This document shows positions 19,234 through 29,390 of a stretch of DNA of 64,000 bases, in pieces (the first letter of the stretch is position 1; every line of letters begins with the position of its first letter). The notes beneath the pieces are model-generated. The model did not search any database. It worked only from the letters and a program-made list of their open reading frames with translations, and was not told the DNA's origin. The stretch comes from an uncultured virus (IMG/VR IMGVR_UViG_3300034190_003093) (taxonomy: Duplodnaviria > Heunggongvirae > Uroviricota > Caudoviricetes), in the IMG/VR virus record IMGVR_UViG_3300034190_003093, positions 62,001 through 126,000 of that record. One strand, 5' to 3'. The translations under genes and the position numbers were made by a program.

Positions 19234-19932
19234 ATGACAAACAAAACAACATCGCAAATTCTGCGTGATAATATGACAGCAGAAGGCAAACGATACTGGG
19301 CCGGCGATAATATTTCAGATTATATTACACCTAACATTAAAGAAGATTTGATTAACGAGGCTACTACAGCGTTTGAAGGTGTGCTCGACACACTGTTGAT
19401 TGATCGAGAGAACGACCCTAACTCACACGGCACTGCACGTCGACTGGCTAAGATGTACTTTAACGAGATCATGGCAGGACGTTATGATCCTATGCCAAGT
19501 GCAACTGCATTTCCCAATGACAGCGACGATCGCTATGAAGGTATGCTAGTAGTGCGCAGTGAGCTAAAGAGCATGTGTAGTCATCACCACCAGCCAGTAA
19601 GCGGTGTAGCATACATTGGTATTATTGCTGCTGATAAACTTATTGGACTCAGCAAGTACACACGTATTGCACAATGGTGCGCTCGGCGTGGAACTCTACA
19701 AGAAGAACTTGCAAATGATATTGCACGGGAGATTTCCAGCGCCACCGGTGCAGAAAACCTGGGTGTGTATATCCAAGCAACACACGGTTGTTGTGAGAAT
19801 CGCGGCATTATGGCGAGTAGTAGTCTTACCCAAACAACTGTGCTTAAAGGTAGTTTCAGGGAAGACTCTGGTACAAAGAAAGAATTCTTTGACAACATCA
19901 AATTGCAACAAGAGTTTTCCTGTGGAAAGTAA
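19234..19932 (+). CDS. folE: GTP cyclohydrolase I
   Basis: SMCSHHH, GLSK..R, LQE, H.C..NRG; GGAGA RBS. Confidence 0.95.
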   Translation: MTNKTTSQILRDNMTAEGKRYWAGDNISDYITPNIKEDLINEATTAFEGVLDTLLIDRENDPNSHGTARRLAKMYFNEIMAGRYDPMPSATAFPNDSDDRYEGMLVVRSELKSMCSHHHQPVSGVAYIGIIAADKLIGLSKYTRIAQWCARRGTLQEELANDIAREISSATGAENLGVYIQATHGCCENRGIMASSSLTQTTVLKGSFREDSGTKKEFFDNIKLQQEFSCGK

Positions 19933-20805
19933 ATGATCTCGATATTTTTTGTGCCAGGTATGTTTGGCTCAACAGTTGAGTATATACTGAGAGAGTTTAG
20001 TAATAATTTTACAAATCCGGAACTGTTGGATCGTGGTTTACAACCCGACGGTTCTGTTCACGGGTTTGCAAAATCTTGGCATCCACTTAGTATGTCGGCT
20101 TATAATCAAACCATAGACGCAGAAATAGCCACTCCTATATATCCAACCAGAGACGGGACCCTTTCTAAAATTTTAGAAACGTATCCGCTTACCCCCTCTA
20201 GTAAAAATATATTAATATATGCAGAATCATTACGGGCAGCCGAACTCAACTTATTGTTCCAGTATCATAAAATTGCAGTAGGGAAAAGGCGTCAGCTAGG
20301 TCTCGAAACATTTGCCATTGGAAATGAATGTGATATTGTAAAATGGAACAGCGAGTATACACACTGGAGTCAAATGCAACCCTGGGAATGGCGAGAGTGG
20401 ATGAGTTTGTTTTATGTTACATACGTGCAACAATGGATTAATTCAAAATACGAAGTACCAGATAGTTTTTTAAAAATATCCACTACTGAGATGTTATTTC
20501 AGACCAAAGATGCTATCACCCGTATTTTTAGTTTTTGCAATGCACAAGCAATGGTCGACATAGATTTGTTCGTCGAAGAGTGGATAAAAAAACAACAATA
20601 TATAATAGACGAGTTTAATTTGTTAGATGTTGTCGTTGATAATACTATTAACGATGTTGCGTTTAGTTGGAAAGAACTAAACATAGTTGCTGCTTCAATT
20701 GTACAACAACGATTGCGATCTTTGGGTTACGAAATACGATGTGATGGCCTAAATATTTTTCCTACTGATTCTAAGTCACTGCACAGATTACTCGAAAAAG
20801 GTTGA
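19933..20805 (+). CDS. Hypothetical protein, possibly sulfotransferase/P-loop-like
   Basis: N-terminal FFVPGMFGST. Confidence 0.35.
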   Translation: MISIFFVPGMFGSTVEYILREFSNNFTNPELLDRGLQPDGSVHGFAKSWHPLSMSAYNQTIDAEIATPIYPTRDGTLSKILETYPLTPSSKNILIYAESLRAAELNLLFQYHKIAVGKRRQLGLETFAIGNECDIVKWNSEYTHWSQMQPWEWREWMSLFYVTYVQQWINSKYEVPDSFLKISTTEMLFQTKDAITRIFSFCNAQAMVDIDLFVEEWIKKQQYIIDEFNLLDVVVDNTINDVAFSWKELNIVAASIVQQRLRSLGYEIRCDGLNIFPTDSKSLHRLLEKG

Positions 20806-20830
20806 CATATACTATTAAACATAGTACAAT
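20802..20830 (+). promoter_or_regulatory. Sigma70-type early promoter
   Basis: TTGACA-17nt-TACAAT. Confidence 0.75.
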
Positions 20831-20855
20831 AAATCTATACACAACGGAGAATACA

Positions 20856-21242
20856 ATGGATAGACTAGATACGTTAGCCGTAGCACAAGCCGAAGGTCGA
20901 GCACCTTGGACTAATGTGCAGTTTGAAACTAGAGATTTTGTAATTTTCAACGATGGTTTTCCGGTTACTCCTGGGCATACTCTTGTTGTACCTCGTGATG
21001 CTACACTGGATAGCATTATGAAGTGTTTCAAATATGCATGCACCATGGGACACGAAAATGTTCAAGTACAAAATAATGAAATCACTGGATACAATGTTGG
21101 CATTAACATAGGCGAGAGCGCCGGGCAAACTTGTATGTATCCTCATGTACATTTAATTTTCCGTCGTGAAGGGGATTGCGCTGACCCAACTGGCGGTGTT
21201 CGCAATGTTATTCCGGGCGCAGGGAGTTATACAAATGGCTAG
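20856..21242 (+). CDS. HIT-family nucleotide hydrolase
   Basis: PVTPGHTLVVP, AGQT, YPHVHLI; GGAGA RBS. Confidence 0.9.
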   Translation: MDRLDTLAVAQAEGRAPWTNVQFETRDFVIFNDGFPVTPGHTLVVPRDATLDSIMKCFKYACTMGHENVQVQNNEITGYNVGINIGESAGQTCMYPHVHLIFRREGDCADPTGGVRNVIPGAGSYTNG

Positions 21243-21960
21243 TATTGAACAAAAAGAAGAACTAATTGACACTATCAAGGGCCCACGATATTATCGTCTT
21301 AGCATTGGAGGTTATGGTGGTGAAGCAGCATACATAAATATCACCAAAGAAGCATATGAATTTTGGAACGCACACTTAAAAGAGCATCACGACAGCGACT
21401 TGGTAGAGTATCTGATCAATGATGATCCAGACGATTGTGATTACGATGAACTAGGAACTATTCCGAAAGAAGCAGACTTTCTAACTGAATATGGCGAATC
21501 CGCATTTAAATCACCTTGGTACGAAGCACCTAATGAGTTTTGTCACCAAATGGGAGTTGAATACAGTAGTGCTTATCTTATTATCAACGAAGTTGACAGT
21601 GATGAATACATGAGCAAGCATGTTGCTGATGTAATTGACGACAAAGTAAGCGACCTAGTTGACAAGTTGCAAGAGGAAACCAATTACGAGGTTGAAGGCA
21701 CCGATTGGGGCGAAGGTGAAGAGTATGAGGAACAAGGCGAATACGTACTACAAATGTATAGCAGTGAAAAAGGCAGTTTTTTTGATGCTATCATCAAAAC
21801 AGTAGGCGAATTTGATCCTAAGAAACTGATGTTCCACTGCAATGAATATCCAAACGGGGAAGACATCATCGACGGTGTGTCTTACAATGGAGAAGAACTA
21901 GACAATCAGGGCGGGGATACCAATGGTAAAGGTTATTCTGCACACGTCTGGAAGAACTGA
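21235..21960 (+). CDS. Highly acidic hypothetical protein
   Basis: GYGGE and SSEKG motifs; D/E-rich. Confidence 0.6.
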   Translation: MASIEQKEELIDTIKGPRYYRLSIGGYGGEAAYINITKEAYEFWNAHLKEHHDSDLVEYLINDDPDDCDYDELGTIPKEADFLTEYGESAFKSPWYEAPNEFCHQMGVEYSSAYLIINEVDSDEYMSKHVADVIDDKVSDLVDKLQEETNYEVEGTDWGEGEEYEEQGEYVLQMYSSEKGSFFDAIIKTVGEFDPKKLMFHCNEYPNGEDIIDGVSYNGEELDNQGGDTNGKGYSAHVWKN

Positions 21961-22029
21961 TAACTATTATAGACGTCGAAGGATCATCCGTCTTAAAACA
22001 TTCTGACCTGTTACATTAAGGAAAATAGA

Positions 22030-22506
22030 ATGCCACATTATTCAACAAAAACTTACGGACACAACATCGGACTTTCAGCGGTGTTCCGTCAACCACATGC
22101 AGACCATTCACATTGTAAATTCTTACACGGATATAGTTTGGGTTTCAAGTTTACATTTGGATGTAGCGAGCTAGACAATAAAAACTGGGCCGTTGACTTT
22201 GGAGGACTTAAACCTCTTAAAGCATGGCTAGAAGATACATTTGATCATAAGACAGTAATTGATAGAGAAGATCCGTTCTTGTACAAGTTTGCAGAACTTG
22301 AAAACATGGGTCTAGCAGAAGTTACAGTACTAGACGGAGTGGGTGCAGAAAAGTTTGCAGAACACGCATGGAAGTTTGCTGATAAACTTATTAGAGAAGC
22401 AACAGACAATCGTTGTTGGTGCGAATCTGCAGAGTGCATGGAGCACGGTGCTAACAGCGCAATTTACACACCATTTATTGTACGCAAAGAAAGGTTTTCT
22501 GAATAA
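22030..22506 (+). CDS. queD: 6-carboxy-5,6,7,8-tetrahydropterin synthase
   Basis: CKFLHGY, VDFG, FDH, E..A, EHGANSA. Confidence 0.9.
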   Translation: MPHYSTKTYGHNIGLSAVFRQPHADHSHCKFLHGYSLGFKFTFGCSELDNKNWAVDFGGLKPLKAWLEDTFDHKTVIDREDPFLYKFAELENMGLAEVTVLDGVGAEKFAEHAWKFADKLIREATDNRCWCESAECMEHGANSAIYTPFIVRKERFSE

Positions 22507-23123
22507 TGTCCTTAATTCCAATGGTAGTTGAAACTACTTCAAAAGGCGAACGTGCATACGACATTTACAGTCGATTACTGAAAGATCGTATTATCATGCT
22601 GAATGGTCCAGTTGAGGACAATATGGCTAATGCAATTATTGCACAACTGTTGTTTTTAGAAAGCGAAGACCCAGACAAGGACATCTTGCTTTATATTAAC
22701 AGCCCAGGAGGGCAGGTAAGTGCAGGACTTGGTATTTACGATACCATGCAATTTATCAAGTGCGATGTATCCACAGTAGTTATCGGACAAGCATGCAGCA
22801 TGGGCTCATTCCTTGCACAAGCAGGTGCAGCAGGCAAGCGTATTGTATTGCCAGAATCACGAACAATGATTCACCGTGTGAGCTCAGGTACACGTGGAAC
22901 AAGCGGTAGTGTGTATGTCCAAGAGCTACAGTTTGAAGATGCAGTACGCAGCATGGAAGAGAGCAAAAAAGTAAATCGACGCCTTACAGAGCTTTACGTT
23001 AAGCACAACACAGCCGGCAAGACATATGACGAAATGTCAGAGACTATGAAGTTTGATACATTCCTTACTGCGGCAGAAGCAGTTGAATGGGGCTTGGCTG
23101 ATAAAATTATAGAGAAACGATAA
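22506..23123 (+). CDS. clpP: ATP-dependent Clp protease proteolytic subunit
   Basis: [28 protein letters not shown]. Confidence 0.95.
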   Translation: MSLIPMVVETTSKGERAYDIYSRLLKDRIIMLNGPVEDNMANAIIAQLLFLESEDPDKDILLYINSPGGQVSAGLGIYDTMQFIKCDVSTVVIGQACSMGSFLAQAGAAGKRIVLPESRTMIHRVSSGTRGTSGSVYVQELQFEDAVRSMEESKKVNRRLTELYVKHNTAGKTYDEMSETMKFDTFLTAAEAVEWGLADKIIEKR

Positions 23124-23959
23124 TGACATTTCAAATTAATCCAAGTAAGAAAATATCTGTAATGTTCCCAACTCGCGGGAGACCAGTACAAGCATTGAGC
23201 AGTATGCAGAGCATGATTGATACTGCTGATAACCCGCATGATATTGAATTCATGATTGCAATTGATGACGATGATCAAAAAACTATTGACTATGTTGAAA
23301 GTGACATGATTCCATATTTTGAAGAAGCAGATTTAGATCTGTATGTGTTTACACAACCTCGCATGGGATATCATCGACTAAACGAATACACTAATATATT
23401 AGCCCAACATAGTAAAGGCGAATGGCTGTGTGTTTGGAATGATGATGCTATAATGGTGAGCAAGGGATGGGACACTGAAATTCTCAGCCATTCAGGGCAA
23501 TTTGCAGTACAAAGATTCTCAGATAATCACGGTCATCCATATGCTATCTTTCCGGTTATTCCCCGAGATTGGTTGATACTTTTTGGCTGTGTATCTCCGC
23601 ATGTTATTACCGACGGATGGATTAGTCAAGTAGCATATATATGTGATGCAATGATTCAACTCAAAAGCGAGTGCATCCACGACAGAGCTGACTTAACTGG
23701 CAACAACGACGACGAAACATATGCAGAGCGACAGCCAGAACGACTCGAAGGCGACATGTCTAACCCCAAGGATTTTCTTTATCCCCCGACTGCGCAAACA
23801 AGGATTCTATGGGGTTACAAAATGGAATGGTTCCGCAAACGACTTGGTCAAGACAATGGATATTTAGATGGTGCACGTAAAGGCGGGTATGACGTCTGGA
23901 CACGCATGAGAGAAAACGACCCTCAAGGATTTTTAGGAACTTGGAAATATGAGCAGTGA
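23123..23959 (+). CDS. GT-A (family 2-like) glycosyltransferase
   Basis: PTRGR, IDDDD, WNDD. Confidence 0.75.
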   Translation: MTFQINPSKKISVMFPTRGRPVQALSSMQSMIDTADNPHDIEFMIAIDDDDQKTIDYVESDMIPYFEEADLDLYVFTQPRMGYHRLNEYTNILAQHSKGEWLCVWNDDAIMVSKGWDTEILSHSGQFAVQRFSDNHGHPYAIFPVIPRDWLILFGCVSPHVITDGWISQVAYICDAMIQLKSECIHDRADLTGNNDDETYAERQPERLEGDMSNPKDFLYPPTAQTRILWGYKMEWFRKRLGQDNGYLDGARKGGYDVWTRMRENDPQGFLGTWKYEQ

Positions 23960-24725
23960 TTTAAAACAACGCATTGCAGATTACTGGAATGCTCAGCCGT
24001 GTAATATCAATCATGGCACAAGCCCTGTTGGTACTAAAGAGTTTTTTGCCGAAGTTAGCAAGCGACGATTTAAAGTCGAGCCGCACCTACGTGAATTTGC
24101 TGGATATCACCAATGGCAAGGAAAACGAGTACTTGAAGTAGGATCAGGCATTGGAACCGAAGCTGAAGAATTTGCTAAACACGGAGCTGAATATGTAGGC
24201 ATTGATCTTTCTAGTGTAAGCATCGATCTTTGTAAACAGAGATTTGATGTACTAGGATTACCCGGAGAGTTTCATGTGCGTAATGTACAGGATGACCTTA
24301 GCGATCTTGGTAAATTTGACTTTGTATACAGCATGGGAGTAATACACCATTTTCCAGACATTGAATTGAGCTTGAACAACATGCACAATGCACTAGTTGA
24401 CGGCGGCGAACTGCGTCTTTTGGTATATGCTAAAAACTCTTGGAAAATGGCAATGATACAAAAAGGTCTGGATCAATACGAAGCACAAGATGCGTGTCCT
24501 TATGCACAAGCATATAGCAAAGACGAGATATATGAGTTGTTGCCTACTACAAAATGGACAATTGAAAGGTTGCGCCAAAGCCACTGTTTCATGTATAATA
24601 TAGAAGAGTACAAGAAGGGAAACTATGTGTTAGAACCCTGGTTTGCTGCTATGAGCGAGGAAATGCGTGAAGCAGTTAACGAATACCTGGGTTGGCATAT
24701 GATGGTAAAAGCGAGAAAAGTGTGA
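23949..24725 (+). CDS. Class I SAM-dependent methyltransferase
   Basis: VLEVGSGIG, GIDLS, FDFVYS.GVIHH. Confidence 0.88.
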   Translation: MSSDLKQRIADYWNAQPCNINHGTSPVGTKEFFAEVSKRRFKVEPHLREFAGYHQWQGKRVLEVGSGIGTEAEEFAKHGAEYVGIDLSSVSIDLCKQRFDVLGLPGEFHVRNVQDDLSDLGKFDFVYSMGVIHHFPDIELSLNNMHNALVDGGELRLLVYAKNSWKMAMIQKGLDQYEAQDACPYAQAYSKDEIYELLPTTKWTIERLRQSHCFMYNIEEYKKGNYVLEPWFAAMSEEMREAVNEYLGWHMMVKARKV

Positions 24726-25318
24726 AAAAAGTATTTGTAACATGGCATGATGTGCAACGGCAAACTCAAGACATATTGCGACAAATGCAAATTGACAATT
24801 GGCAACCAGATTATGTTGTCGGTATTACACGTGGTGGCTTAACAGTTGCAAACTTAATAAGTCAGTATCTCGATGTTAAGATGCACACATTGGATGTACG
24901 GTTGCGGGATGGTAAACCAGAAGATTGCGAAAGTAACTGCTGGATGGCCGAAGAAGCGTTTGGTTACAATGATGAAACTAAAACTGGTATGTCTGGCGCA
25001 CGATGGGATCCATCTCTTAAAAAGAAAATCCTTATTGTCGACGATATTAACGACAGTGGTGCTACGCTGAACTGGATCAAGCAAGATTGGGAAGCCAATT
25101 GTTCTCCTAGTCGAGACAACAGCGAACAGTTGTGGAATCTTGTGTGGGAGAACACAGTACGAGTTGCTGTGCTGTATGATAATACTGCAAGTGAAAGCAA
25201 ATTACCTATTAGATATTGCGCTGAAGAAATTAATAAAATCGACGACCCGTCTTGGATAGTATTTCCGTGGGAAGAATGGTGGAAACGTTGGGATCCAAAC
25301 GAAGAGGTATCGAAATGA
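24722..25318 (+). CDS. Purine phosphoribosyltransferase (Gpt-like)
   Basis: GITRGG, LIVDDINDSGAT PRPP motif, WIVFPWE. Confidence 0.88.
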   Translation: MKKVFVTWHDVQRQTQDILRQMQIDNWQPDYVVGITRGGLTVANLISQYLDVKMHTLDVRLRDGKPEDCESNCWMAEEAFGYNDETKTGMSGARWDPSLKKKILIVDDINDSGATLNWIKQDWEANCSPSRDNSEQLWNLVWENTVRVAVLYDNTASESKLPIRYCAEEINKIDDPSWIVFPWEEWWKRWDPNEEVSK

Positions 25319-26211
25319 AACTAAGATATAGTGAAGCATTTTATAGTGTGCAAGGCGAAGGCAAGTTTGTAGGAGTACCCAGTGTATTCCTACGCACCTT
25401 TGGTTGTAACTTGCGTTGTATGAACTTTGGCCTCGGCAAAGATGAGCCCAGTCGTGCAGAAAAACATGCAAACGGGCAGCGTTACAATGCAGAAGTAAAA
25501 GCATTATTGGACGCCGGCGTTGATAAAACAACTAAGGAGTTTAATGACTTGCCTATTATTCACACAGGTTGTGATACATATGCAAGTATCTATCCCGAGT
25601 TTAAGCACTTTAACAAAGAAGCAACAATTGACGAAGTAGTTGAACATCTATTATCGCTTACTCCCAATGGTAAGTGGGTGCAAGACAATGGACAAGACGT
25701 TCATCTTATCTTAACTGGTGGTGAACCATTGCTTGCTTGGCAACGATTGTATGTTGAACTATTTGAACACCCACGTATGCAGGACTTGAAAAATGTTACA
25801 TTTGAAACAAACACTACACAACACCTACACGATGATTTCTTCAACTATCTCAACAACAATGACGACTTTACAGTCACTTGGAGTTGTTCCCCAAAACTTA
25901 GTGTTTCGGGAGAATCTTGGGAAGATGCTATTAAACCTAATGTTGCTCATGAGTACAGCCTTGTTGACGGTAGTGACATTTATTTTAAGTTTGTTGTCGC
26001 TGATCAAGACGATTTTGTTGAAGTCAAAAAAGCTGTCAGTGCTTATCAAAGTGCCGGGGTACAATGTCCAGTATATCTTATGCCAATGGGCGGTCGCAGT
26101 GAAGAATATTCCCTCAATGTTAATGACGTTGCCCAAGCGTGTATGGACGAAGGATGGAGATTCACTCCCCGACTCCACATTAGTTTATTCGGAAATGCCT
26201 GGGGGACTTAG
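25315..26211 (+). CDS. queE: 7-carboxy-7-deazaguanine synthase (radical SAM)
   Basis: FYSVQGEG, FLR.FGCNLRC...CDT, TGGEP, ETN, SPK, PRLH. Confidence 0.9.
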   Translation: MKLRYSEAFYSVQGEGKFVGVPSVFLRTFGCNLRCMNFGLGKDEPSRAEKHANGQRYNAEVKALLDAGVDKTTKEFNDLPIIHTGCDTYASIYPEFKHFNKEATIDEVVEHLLSLTPNGKWVQDNGQDVHLILTGGEPLLAWQRLYVELFEHPRMQDLKNVTFETNTTQHLHDDFFNYLNNNDDFTVTWSCSPKLSVSGESWEDAIKPNVAHEYSLVDGSDIYFKFVVADQDDFVEVKKAVSAYQSAGVQCPVYLMPMGGRSEEYSLNVNDVAQACMDEGWRFTPRLHISLFGNAWGT

Positions 26212-26283
26212 CAAAGAAGACATGAATTATATTAAAGGCAAAAAGATTACCGAAGAGCAATACGAAAAAGTAAGAAAGCAATT

Positions 26284-27054
26284 ATGAGTGATTTAACAAA
26301 AGATATTCCGCAATGGATTAGAGAATATGCACTTAAAAACGGGATTGATCAATTAGTAGTTGGTGTTAGTGGCGGAATTGACAGTGCTGTTGTCAGTACA
26401 CTGTGTGCGTTATCCGGTGTGCCCACGTTGTGCTTGGTTATGCCAATTCGACAAAAAGCAGAGCAAACAGACTTGGGTGTTGATCATTGCTTGCGCCTAA
26501 ACACACAGTACATGAACGCCAGCTTTGAAACAATCGATCTTACAGATGTATTCGAGAAGTTTGAAGACTTGTTTCAACATGCTTATTCCCCACTAGCACT
26601 AGCAAACAGTCGTGCCAGATTACGCATGATGACATTGTATCAAAAAGCGCAAACGCATGGCGGTATTGTAGTCGGAACAGGCAACAAAGTAGAAGACTTT
26701 GGAGTAGGTTTTTACACTAAGTACGGAGACGGGGGAGTTGATATCTCTCCAATTGCAGACTTAACAAAAACTGAAGTATGGGCATTAGGTAAACAACTTG
26801 GAGTTAGCCAAGAAATTATCGATGCCAAACCCACAGATGGATTGTGGGATGATGGGCGTGTTGATGAGGATCAATTGCATGGCATGAGCTACAGTGATTT
26901 AGAAAAATGCATGGACATTGACGAGCAAGGTATTGATGTTGAGTCGCTTGGCGAAGAGGACAAAACTCAAGTAAAACAATATCTTGAGATTCGCAAACGC
27001 AATTTGCATAAGATGCAGCCTATCCCAGTATTTAAAAGGAACACGCATGTTTGA
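26284..27054 (+). CDS. nadE: NH3-dependent NAD+ synthetase-like protein
   Basis: SGGIDS, ARLRM, GTGN, FYTKYGDG, PTDGLW. Confidence 0.88.
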   Translation: MSDLTKDIPQWIREYALKNGIDQLVVGVSGGIDSAVVSTLCALSGVPTLCLVMPIRQKAEQTDLGVDHCLRLNTQYMNASFETIDLTDVFEKFEDLFQHAYSPLALANSRARLRMMTLYQKAQTHGGIVVGTGNKVEDFGVGFYTKYGDGGVDISPIADLTKTEVWALGKQLGVSQEIIDAKPTDGLWDDGRVDEDQLHGMSYSDLEKCMDIDEQGIDVESLGEEDKTQVKQYLEIRKRNLHKMQPIPVFKRNTHV

Positions 27055-27433
27055 TAAATTTAAAAAGACACTAGGCTTAACAAAACCAGAAGTTAAGCCT
27101 GCTGTTAAACCCAAGAAAGTAACTAAAACTGACAAAGAGATTGCCACTGAAAAGGGCGAGCCTTATGTTGCTATACTAAGCATGGAACTTGCCGAAGGTG
27201 ACATCGACCAGGGCGCATTTGAACTTGACTGGAATGAAAAGTTTATAGCAAATCTTGTAAGGGCTGGTTACCAAGGACAACCAAATGAACCTGACCACGA
27301 AATTGTTGATCGCTGGTTTCAAAATGTATGCCGTAATGTTGTTATGGAAACATACGAACAATTCCAAGCAGATCCTGAAGTACGCTTTACAAGAGAGCGT
27401 GATCTCGGAGACGGATACACAGAAGTAAAATGA
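27047..27433 (+). CDS. Hypothetical protein
   Basis: AAGGA RBS; FELDWN motif. Confidence 0.6.
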   Translation: MFDKFKKTLGLTKPEVKPAVKPKKVTKTDKEIATEKGEPYVAILSMELAEGDIDQGAFELDWNEKFIANLVRAGYQGQPNEPDHEIVDRWFQNVCRNVVMETYEQFQADPEVRFTRERDLGDGYTEVK

Positions 27434-28131
27434 TATTATACGTTAACGGCGACAGTCATACCGCAGCCGCAGAATGCGTAAATCCACATGCGTTTGCAGC
27501 CGATGATACAAAGTACTGGATGATGCAGAGACTACCGCATCCAGATAATATTGCACAAAGTTGGGGTAAATTACTAAGCCAGCGGCTCAGTTGCGGATTC
27601 AAGTGTGATGCAGAAAGTGCTAGTAGTAACGATCGTATTATCAGGACTACACGCAAATGGATAGAAGAAAATCCACACAATTTGTATAAAACATTAATGA
27701 TTATACAATGGAGTACATGGGAACGCCAAGAATGGTTAATTGATGGCGAGTACTATCAATTAAATGCTTCCGGAATCGACGATGTACCCGAGTCGCATCA
27801 ACAACAATACAAAGAGTTTATTGCAGACATAGATTGGAACACTATAACACAAGAATGGCATGAAAAAATCTGGCAGTTTCATTTGGAACTCGAGTCTCTA
27901 GGAATCAAGCATGTGTTCTTCAATGGAAACAACCATTTTGAAAAGGCTTCGCCACGCAAAGAATGGGGAAGTAGTTATATTGAGCCATATGACCCAGAAT
28001 CCACATACAACGCAGTGATAAGTAATACATGCAACACTGTTAGTCCAACAAGCTGGCATTACGGGCCAGATGGGCACAGGGTATGGGCACAATATCTAAC
28101 CAAGTATATAGCTGCTAACAATCTTGTATAG
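27430..28131 (+). CDS. SGNH-hydrolase-like protein
   Basis: NGDSH block I; C-terminal HYG..GH. Confidence 0.55.
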   Translation: MILYVNGDSHTAAAECVNPHAFAADDTKYWMMQRLPHPDNIAQSWGKLLSQRLSCGFKCDAESASSNDRIIRTTRKWIEENPHNLYKTLMIIQWSTWERQEWLIDGEYYQLNASGIDDVPESHQQQYKEFIADIDWNTITQEWHEKIWQFHLELESLGIKHVFFNGNNHFEKASPRKEWGSSYIEPYDPESTYNAVISNTCNTVSPTSWHYGPDGHRVWAQYLTKYIAANNLV

Positions 28132-28139
28132 GAGAATAA

Positions 28140-28322
28140 ATGAAGTATGCAATTAAAGCAATGCTAGCAAAAGATGATTGGATATACCTTACAGAAGATA
28201 CAGGACGTTGTGATTTACTGGTTCCTGTTTTATACACCAACATCAACCAAGCTCGTAATGCAGCCAAAGATTGGGGACAAAGTCATGGATGTAAAGTTAA
28301 AGTAGTTGAATATAACCGTTGA
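28140..28322 (+). CDS. Small hypothetical protein
   Basis: AGGAG RBS. Confidence 0.55.
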   Translation: MKYAIKAMLAKDDWIYLTEDTGRCDLLVPVLYTNINQARNAAKDWGQSHGCKVKVVEYNR

Positions 28323-28373
28323 CAACACCGTGTTATAGTGTTAGTATAGTACTATAACAACAAAGGGCTTAGT

Positions 28374-29375
28374 ATGAAATATCTACTTATTGACACTGCT
28401 AATATGTTTTTCCGTGCAAGACACGTTGCATTTCGTGCAAATGATCCTTGGGAAAAAGTAGGATACGCATTACACATTAGCATGGCAGCTATTAACAAAG
28501 TAGCCAAGAAGTTTGATGCAGACCATGTTGTGTTTTGTTTGGAAGGGCGCAGCTGGCGCAAGGATCACTACACACCTTACAAAGCAAACCGCAAGGCAGC
28601 TCGTGACGCTCTTACAGAAGCACAACAAGAAGAAGAACAACTTTTTTGGAGCACCTTTGATGACTTCAATAAGTACTTGCAAGATAAGACAAATTGCAGT
28701 GTACTAAGAGAACCTAACGCAGAAGCAGACGATCTTATAGCACGTTGGATACATTTACACCCTGATGATGAACACGTTATTATCAGCAGTGACAGTGACT
28801 TTTACCAGCTGCTATCAGATAAAGTAAAACAGTTCAACGGTATCACTGACCATTTGATTACTATAGAGGGTATCTTCGATAGTAAAGGTAAAAAAGTGCT
28901 AGATAAAAAAACTAAAGAACCAAAAGCTATACCTGACCCAGAGTGGTTGTTGTTTGAAAAGTGCATGCGTGGCGATAGCAGCGACAATGTATTTTCGGCA
29001 TATCCAGGTGTACGCAAGAAAGGCACTAAGAACAAAGTTGGTCTTATTGAAGCATTTGAAGATCGTGTTAAACAAGGTTATGCATGGAACAACATGATGT
29101 TGCAGCGTTGGACTGATCACAACGGTGACGAGCATCGTGTGTTGGATGATTACAATCGCAATCGGCAGCTAATTGATCTTTGTGCACAACCTGATGATGT
29201 TAAGAACAGAGTTGATCAAGCAATCATTACCCAAGTTACTAACAAAGACATTGGACAGGTTGGTTCAAAGTTCTTGAAATTTTGTGGTAAATACGAACTC
29301 AGTCGACTTAGTGATCAAGCTGAGCAATACGGTCGTTGGCTTAATCAACGATATCAAGGAGTATTGCAACAATGA
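28374..29375 (+). CDS. rnh: T4 RNase H-like 5'-3' exonuclease
   Basis: LID, YKANR, EADD, SSDSDF.QL, GDSSDN. Confidence 0.9.
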   Translation: MKYLLIDTANMFFRARHVAFRANDPWEKVGYALHISMAAINKVAKKFDADHVVFCLEGRSWRKDHYTPYKANRKAARDALTEAQQEEEQLFWSTFDDFNKYLQDKTNCSVLREPNAEADDLIARWIHLHPDDEHVIISSDSDFYQLLSDKVKQFNGITDHLITIEGIFDSKGKKVLDKKTKEPKAIPDPEWLLFEKCMRGDSSDNVFSAYPGVRKKGTKNKVGLIEAFEDRVKQGYAWNNMMLQRWTDHNGDEHRVLDDYNRNRQLIDLCAQPDDVKNRVDQAIITQVTNKDIGQVGSKFLKFCGKYELSRLSDQAEQYGRWLNQRYQGVLQQ

Positions 29376-29390
29376 CAAAGGAAAATTAAA

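Noticed and set aside
25793..26287. 164-aa alternative-frame ORF inside queE
   Set aside because: Shadow frame; only its last 30 or so codons could be a real small gene, and support is too weak
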